Positions 58,313-64,000 of a stretch of 64,000 nucleotides of DNA are shown here, piece by piece. Under the pieces are notes generated by a model, which did no database searches, was not told where the DNA came from, and saw only the letters and a list, made by a program, of their open reading frames with translations. The first letter of the stretch is position 1, and each line of letters starts with the position of its first letter. Source of the stretch: a virus (taxonomy: Duplodnaviria; Caudoviricetes); IMG/VR virus record IMGVR_UViG_3300037067_007848, positions 1 through 64,000 of that record; one strand, written 5' to 3'. The position numbers and the translations under genes are program-made.

Positions 58313-59122
58313 ATGGATAGTCCAATAGTTATAAATCAAATACATACCGCCTGTCAATATTGTGTTTTTGCCGATTATACCAACAATACTCAAGAGGGAT
58401 GTGTTATTGGGGAATTAAACAAATTTCGTAATTATGGGTATGAAATTATAGAGGCAAAAACTGGAGAAATTGAAAATGGGCAAATAATTCCAGGAACAGA
58501 AGACGAATTTTTTGTTATTAACAACACCAAATGTACAAAAAAACGTACAAATGATTGGAATTTCGCCAGTTCTTCACTAACAGAACAACTTCAGGCCGTT
58601 GGCAAGGAATGTGAATTAAAGTACACCGCCGTTATATTCGAGGATAATAATCCATATGGTGTTTTTTGTACTGCCCAATCCCTATTAAAACAATCTATCC
58701 CTCCGCAAAAAATAATTGTTATTCGCCCATATAATTCTGGAACCAGCCCATTAGGATATGTCGGATTTTTTGAAAAAGAAAATATTTCGTGGAAAATACA
58801 AAATTTCTGCGAAGATTATTCTGAAGAAGAAATGACCGATATGGTGGTTTTTCACATTAAAACGTCGATCTATTCAATTTTTCATGCGGGATTTATTGTT
58901 CCGCCAAACATGTTTAACGAATTAAACTATCAAGTGAATGAAGAGTTTTTAAATTTTATTTTAATTATCCCTAATTCTACACAAAATGGGCAGGTTGGAA
59001 TGACGGCGGCCTATATGACCTTTAACGGCAATCTTGGACAAAATTTTGAAGAAAAAATTAAAGAAAGCAATCCTAAATGTCTATACCAAATATCGAGAAT
59101 AATCAAAAACTTCCCAGAATAA
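58313..59122 (+). CDS. Hypothetical protein (Cys-rich N-terminus, GT2-like C-terminus)
   Basis: HTACQYCVF; SLLKQSIPP.KIIV. Confidence 0.55.
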   Translation: MDSPIVINQIHTACQYCVFADYTNNTQEGCVIGELNKFRNYGYEIIEAKTGEIENGQIIPGTEDEFFVINNTKCTKKRTNDWNFASSSLTEQLQAVGKECELKYTAVIFEDNNPYGVFCTAQSLLKQSIPPQKIIVIRPYNSGTSPLGYVGFFEKENISWKIQNFCEDYSEEEMTDMVVFHIKTSIYSIFHAGFIVPPNMFNELNYQVNEEFLNFILIIPNSTQNGQVGMTAAYMTFNGNLGQNFEEKIKESNPKCLYQISRIIKNFPE

Positions 59123-59592
59123 TAATCGCCCATTATGATGAATTAGAATATTCTCTAGCCCAAAATATTATTGATAAAAAAATACCCCTAAGTATTCAAC
59201 CGAATTTCGCCTTCAATGATATTTTACAAAAAGAACGGGCAGATATTTATATTTTTATTCCGCCAAATTGGACGATTATTAAAGAGGGAATTGAGAAAGC
59301 AATTAAAGTATTGGCCGAAAATCAGCATATTAATTATGTATATTTCGACTATAACGACCAATATTTATCGTCAGGCCCCCAATCATTAAAACAAATACCT
59401 CTCTTTGTAAAAAATTCGCCCTCTTTATTTAATCCAAATTTACAATATTTATATATGCACGAACTGTTTCTAAAACTTGAACAAATGAGTTTTGGGATAC
59501 ATATAGCCGAATCTTTTACAAAAACCACCCAGCAATTAATACAACAACAAATTCAACAGGACTTAGCAATTATCCATGAGTCGTGCAATTAG
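59077..59592 (+). CDS. Degenerate GT2-like protein
   Basis: YVYFDY...HIAE. Confidence 0.45.
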   Translation: MSIPNIENNQKLPRIIIAHYDELEYSLAQNIIDKKIPLSIQPNFAFNDILQKERADIYIFIPPNWTIIKEGIEKAIKVLAENQHINYVYFDYNDQYLSSGPQSLKQIPLFVKNSPSLFNPNLQYLYMHELFLKLEQMSFGIHIAESFTKTTQQLIQQQIQQDLAIIHESCN

Positions 59593-60289
59593 AAATATAT
59601 TTAGATTAAAAAAGAATGGATTTGAACAACTCGTAATTATCATATTAAGTGCGGGTGATAATCCAAAAATGAAAATTTATGGAGCTAGATCATATTTCAA
59701 ACTCCCGAATGGTCAAACAATTTTAGAAAGACAAGTAGATTTATTAAAAAAACAATTCCCCGAAACACCAATTATCGTCGTTCATGGATATAACTATAAA
59801 ACGGCCATAAGCAATGCCCCATGTGGAATAGTTAATGTCGTAAACACCGATTATGAAAATTATGGAATAGCCAAGACAATTCTGGCTGGATTACAAACAA
59901 TTAAACATACATCTGCCCTTTTAATTTATGGGGACGTGGTTTTTAATACTGCGGCAATAAAAATTCCTGACAATAATAAATCCTCACTATGTCTTGGCAA
60001 TAAAAATAAACTTGGTGAAGTTGGGGCAATTATAAATGATGGACAAATTATACGACTTATGTACGATATGCCAAAAACTTGGGGGCAAATTGCCTATATT
60101 ACTAATCAAGAATTAAATATTCTAAATAATATTATCACAGATACCGAAACAGAAAAAATGACGGGATTTGAATTGATAAACACTATTATTGACAAGGGTG
60201 GAAAATTTATCGAACATAGCAATAGATTTATTATGTGTGAAGATATAGATGCGGTAACAGATGTGAAAAAAATAGAGGGTCGATTATAA
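59576..60289 (+). CDS. Sugar/choline-phosphate nucleotidyltransferase (LicC-like)
   Basis: IILSAG..KMK.YG, TILERQ, YGD, DID. Confidence 0.8.
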   Translation: MSRAIRNIFRLKKNGFEQLVIIILSAGDNPKMKIYGARSYFKLPNGQTILERQVDLLKKQFPETPIIVVHGYNYKTAISNAPCGIVNVVNTDYENYGIAKTILAGLQTIKHTSALLIYGDVVFNTAAIKIPDNNKSSLCLGNKNKLGEVGAIINDGQIIRLMYDMPKTWGQIAYITNQELNILNNIITDTETEKMTGFELINTIIDKGGKFIEHSNRFIMCEDIDAVTDVKKIEGRL

Positions 60290-61059
60290 TGAAGATATTT
60301 TTGGACGTGGTTAAAGATATTAAGTTCGCCCATTTGTGCAATACAATTACCCAGATAGATGGTTTTCAACATTATATTCGGCATCCCCAACAACCATTTT
60401 TGTCGGCTGTTTTACAAATTAAGCCCGATTTAATCTTTATAGAAACCTGCAATATTACTAAATCTAAAGTAGAAATAGCCCAAAAAAATAATATTAAAAT
60501 AGTGTGTTTTGGCCCCGAGACATATTTGACAAAAGATTTGCTAAGATTTGATTATCAAGAGGCCACAAATATACTAAATATTCCACCAATTTCTATAACG
60601 CCATTTGATGTATTAATTTCGATAGATAAAATTTCAGAAAATATCATACATTTTTTAAGAGAGAATGGTTTATCATTCAAAATTGTTGGGGCGGGACATG
60701 TTGGAACCCCCGAGTATGTTGGCAATCCCAATGTGTTGAACATGGCGGCATTATACAAATCGTGCAAAATTATCATTACAAACGCCCATCTTAACGACGT
60801 AGCCATCAATAAAGGATTTGCCCTGTGCGGGGTTGAAAATCAATACTTTCCTCTCTATAATAGTGATGAAGAGTTGACAACGACGATAGTTCATTATCTA
60901 CAAAACGACACATTGCGGCAAAACAAAATAAAAGAGGCATATAAACTAGCCACCCAAAATACTTACTTTCATATCCTATCTAATATTTTTGCCCAATTAA
61001 ACTTTAACAAAGAATCGGAATTATGTCTACAGGCGGTATCAAAAGTTTTGGGGTGTTGA
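60289..61059 (+). CDS. CgeB-like glycosyltransferase-associated protein
   Basis: LYKSCKI...YLQNDTLR...NTYFH C-terminal pattern. Confidence 0.55.
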   Translation: MKIFLDVVKDIKFAHLCNTITQIDGFQHYIRHPQQPFLSAVLQIKPDLIFIETCNITKSKVEIAQKNNIKIVCFGPETYLTKDLLRFDYQEATNILNIPPISITPFDVLISIDKISENIIHFLRENGLSFKIVGAGHVGTPEYVGNPNVLNMAALYKSCKIIITNAHLNDVAINKGFALCGVENQYFPLYNSDEELTTTIVHYLQNDTLRQNKIKEAYKLATQNTYFHILSNIFAQLNFNKESELCLQAVSKVLGC

Positions 61060-61496
61060 TTGACGGGCTAAATAATAGCCAATTAATCCACACTCTATTA
61101 TTCAATCTTAATAAAATTGTTCAAACAAACCCTAATTATTCGCCCACTATATTTTACCAGTCTATTGGGCAGTGTCAAATGCCATCCATGGTGGCCAAAA
61201 TGCACTATTGCAATGCCTGGAATTATCCCCATACATTAATTGCGACTAACTTAAATACGGCATCAATATTATTAAATTGTATTAGGCCAAAAAAACGCCT
61301 ATTTTATGTACATGACCCAGAATGGACATTTTTACATTGTCCACCATTTGATTTAGTAAACAATATTTATAACAATCCAAAAATCCAACTTATTGCACGT
61401 AGCAAACACCACTTTAACCTTATAAAACGTGTTTGGAAAGAACCAATTGGTATTATTGAAAACTTTGATATAGAACAATTATTGGAATATATATAA
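61023..61496 (+). CDS. GT-B N-terminal-like protein
   Basis: LIAT...TA...FYVHDPEW...IARS. Confidence 0.55.
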   Translation: MSTGGIKSFGVLIDGLNNSQLIHTLLFNLNKIVQTNPNYSPTIFYQSIGQCQMPSMVAKMHYCNAWNYPHTLIATNLNTASILLNCIRPKKRLFYVHDPEWTFLHCPPFDLVNNIYNNPKIQLIARSKHHFNLIKRVWKEPIGIIENFDIEQLLEYI

Positions 61497-61528
61497 TTAA
61501 AAGGCAATTCTTAAAATAAGGTAAAAAT

Positions 61529-62305
61529 ATGGAAAATCCGCAAATTAATCCGCAAATTAATCTACAAATTGATCCACGATTAGACGAAGATTACGAAATT
61601 AAAGAGGAAGATGTAGATAGTAATGAACAGGTGGAAGATATTCCAACAATGACCTCTCCCGAATGGGATGGATATGTTCTGTCACATTTTGCCCCTGATG
61701 AATTAAGTGATGGTCACCCAACTGTTGGAGGTTTAAGACGTGTGGCCGAATATTTATTGGGCGAAATTATTTCGAGTATTTCGGACGTAGTTCAGCCCCC
61801 AGTTAGCCCAGACCTTAGGGCGACCGTAATCCACACTATTACTTTTGAAAGTGGAAAACGTTTTAGTGGGGCTGCCGACTCATATTATGGAAATACCGAC
61901 AAACCCTATGGCCTTTTCCCAACGTCTATAGCCGAAACACGGGCTGAGGCAAGGGCTTTGCGACGGGCCTTAAAATTGAAAAATATTGTAAGTGCCGACG
62001 AATTGGCCAAAGACCTTGACGATAAATCAAAGAAGAAAATAGACAAATCTAACGAATCCAATGAGCCTGTAGAACCAATTAATGATACCCAGGTAAATTG
62101 TGTTAATGTGTTGTGTGGGCGGAACAACATAAATGTACAAAAAACAGTTCAAAAACATTTTGGAGGAATAAAAAATATAAAAGAATTAACGCGGGAACAG
62201 GCTACAAATTTAGTTCAAATATTATCGGGATTGCAACAGGATAGAACAAAAATTACTGACGATGTGGCGGGTTTTAATGTGGATTGGAAGGCAAATTTTG
62301 CCTAG
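61529..62305 (+). CDS. Putative ssDNA-annealing protein (Rad52/Sak-like)
   Basis: GLRRVA...SGAADS...AETRAEARALRRAL...ADEL. Confidence 0.55.
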   Translation: MENPQINPQINLQIDPRLDEDYEIKEEDVDSNEQVEDIPTMTSPEWDGYVLSHFAPDELSDGHPTVGGLRRVAEYLLGEIISSISDVVQPPVSPDLRATVIHTITFESGKRFSGAADSYYGNTDKPYGLFPTSIAETRAEARALRRALKLKNIVSADELAKDLDDKSKKKIDKSNESNEPVEPINDTQVNCVNVLCGRNNINVQKTVQKHFGGIKNIKELTREQATNLVQILSGLQQDRTKITDDVAGFNVDWKANFA

Positions 62306-62334
62306 GTATAACAACGTATAAAGAAAGGTTTACA

Positions 62335-62664
62335 ATGAAAGTTACATTTTACGCAACTGACAATTTGAAGTTTGAAGTCGACGGCGAGATGCAGATTGAT
62401 GTTTTTGAAAAAATCTCCTCAATCCAAGAGGTCTTTTCACACACAACCTGCGGGGTTTGCGGGGCCGAGGCAATTTTTAGGGTCCGCGAAGACAAAGAAG
62501 GCAATAAATACTACGAAATGTATTGTATAGACCTGTCCTGCCGTGCAAAATTAGCATTTGGGCAAAACAAAAAGGGCGGCACCCTATATCCAAAACGTAA
62601 AGACAAAGAGGGGAATTGGATTCCTAATAATGGTTGGGAGAAATACGAAGCAAAACCAGCCTAG
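62335..62664 (+). CDS. Zinc-binding conserved phage protein
   Basis: CGVCG..YYEMYC...CRAKLAFGQ..LYPKRK. Confidence 0.65.
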   Translation: MKVTFYATDNLKFEVDGEMQIDVFEKISSIQEVFSHTTCGVCGAEAIFRVREDKEGNKYYEMYCIDLSCRAKLAFGQNKKGGTLYPKRKDKEGNWIPNNGWEKYEAKPA

Positions 62665-62690
62665 CCTTTATTGTTAAATCTTTTCTTAAT

Positions 62691-62726
62691 AATCCGTCAG
62701 GAAATGATTTCTTGGCGGATTTTTTT
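62691..62726 (+). terminator. Rho-independent terminator
   Basis: aatccgtcaggaa/ttcttggcggatt stem followed by a T-tract. Confidence 0.8.
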
Positions 62727-62739
62727 ATAAAGGAATAAA

Positions 62740-63306
62740 ATGAGTTTAGATAAACGCCGCGATAATCGTTCAAAGGCCGAATTCAAAAAAGATATGATAA
62801 ACGCCGCCCAAAAAGAGGCAAAATGGATGGAGATTTTGTGCGGCCAACTCAAACGAAATAAACGTGAATTTACACTGCGGGATACGGGCGTTGACAATAC
62901 GGGCAAATTAATTGATGGGGTATTACCGAAAAATACGCCCGACTTTTATTTAGAGAATAATAATGGGGGTGGTCAATATATTGAAGTCAAAACCGCCCCC
63001 GAATTTTGCGATGGTAAATTTTACACATTTAAGGTGTCGTCGCTCAAAATGTGCATCGCCCATAATTCCTGGATATTTTTGCCCCGCCGCCCATTTTTCT
63101 ATTTAATTCAATGTGGCGGAATGGAAAAACTGCTCGAATATTCGCCCAAGATTTATCCTGGGTTTTCGCCCAATGATCCCGCTATTCGTATTTATCACAA
63201 AAACTTTATTTCCTTATTAAATAATGGGTTGGTCACTAAACATAATTGGGATAAAATATCGCGTCAGCTAATTGACGATTCGGCCCAAGAATTTGGACTG
63301 TTTTAG
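62740..63306 (+). CDS. PD-(D/E)XK nuclease-family protein
   Basis: PDFYL...YIEVK. Confidence 0.65.
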   Translation: MSLDKRRDNRSKAEFKKDMINAAQKEAKWMEILCGQLKRNKREFTLRDTGVDNTGKLIDGVLPKNTPDFYLENNNGGGQYIEVKTAPEFCDGKFYTFKVSSLKMCIAHNSWIFLPRRPFFYLIQCGGMEKLLEYSPKIYPGFSPNDPAIRIYHKNFISLLNNGLVTKHNWDKISRQLIDDSAQEFGLF

Positions 63307-63315
63307 GTTCTTCCC

Positions 63316-63942
63316 CTAAGTTCTTCCAACTTTATTACATCCACACCCGCCACCACCATTATTGGTTGGGCTTGCCTTTTGTATAGTCGCCCCCACAATA
63401 TTATTTTCGGCCTCAATTCTGGCCTGTTCTATTTCTGACTCTGTTGGTGGCTGCGGTATTTGGTTATCGGATAGTGGCAAACTTTGCGGAGATTCAATTA
63501 CTGCTGGTGTAAAACCCTCTTCCTCTATCCATTTTGGCGGATTCCCAGGGCATCGTGTCGTAGCCCATGCAATTTTATTTAGATATTTTCGCTGATTAAT
63601 ATAACACCCACATATTTTACACGCATATCCATTATACATTTCACATTTTTCGCATTGTTCTTTGAAAATTTGATCTATTTTCTCTTGTGAACGCATTGGG
63701 CGACCAGCAAGATTCCAATGAATGTAGGAATCGGCATAGGATTTCATTCTTGTCCAAGTATTGGGCATCTCAATAATATTTTTATTTTGTTGTTCAGAAA
63801 TATTCTGTTTAATATTATTTTCTCCAGGACGACAAAAACGATTTGGTGGTTTCCCCAGCCCCACCTTATCTTCCCACGGCACTTTACAATTTTGACAAAT
63901 AAATATTTTATTAGATTGCTTATAAAATTGACATACTTTCAT
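63316..63942 (-). CDS. Cys-rich protein
   Basis: CEKCE..CKICGC...RCP..KW; C-terminal GCGC; only convincing minus-strand gene in the window. Confidence 0.65.
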   Translation of the reverse strand: MKVCQFYKQSNKIFICQNCKVPWEDKVGLGKPPNRFCRPGENNIKQNISEQQNKNIIEMPNTWTRMKSYADSYIHWNLAGRPMRSQEKIDQIFKEQCEKCEMYNGYACKICGCYINQRKYLNKIAWATTRCPGNPPKWIEEEGFTPAVIESPQSLPLSDNQIPQPPTESEIEQARIEAENNIVGATIQKASPTNNGGGGCGCNKVGRT

Positions 63943-64000
63943 TACAACCTCTTAATAATGTATTGTTCTAATAATTTTCATAAATGATGATAAATCTACA

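Noticed and set aside
61536-61580. 12-bp repeats encoding NPQI
   Set aside because: Short low-complexity slippage in a probably disordered N-terminus
1436-62906. Short minus-strand and overlapping alternate-frame ORFs in the track
   Set aside because: They shadow well-supported + strand genes and show no recognisable motifs
1-64000. Alternative genetic code (stop-codon reassignment)
   Set aside because: Core genes are full length under code 11 and the gene breaks are explained by inteins or a frameshift

Overview
AT-rich segment of a large tailed dsDNA phage genome, coding almost entirely on the + strand. Secreted proteins with signal peptides and Arg-rich C-termini hint at a Planctomycetota/PVC-type host (inference). 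The window holds replication and nucleotide-metabolism genes (intein-containing NrdD, NrdG, ThyX, dCMP deaminase, RecA, DnaB, DnaG, dNMP kinase, DnaQ-like exonuclease) and a DnaE polymerase in three gene pieces with a cis mini-intein and a split intein flanking a free-standing LAGLIDADG gene. It also has two sigma factors, ClpP, three DNA methyltransferases, a glycosyltransferase cluster and a tRNA-Asn. The main finding is a compact RNA-guided system: a catalytically intact 468-aa TnpB/Cas12f-like RuvC protein with no transposase or cas1/cas2 in the window, followed by a ~200-nt structured RNA with an anti-repeat and a 3-repeat/2-spacer mini CRISPR array. A second, orphan copy of the RNA scaffold lies ~6 kb upstream, with compensatory base changes and an apparently fused single-guide 3' end. 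Also notable: three tandem covarying stem-loop units ahead of a TerD-like-domain gene, and a candidate AT-hook/histone-fold protein. All calls come from reading motifs by eye; no database searches were run.
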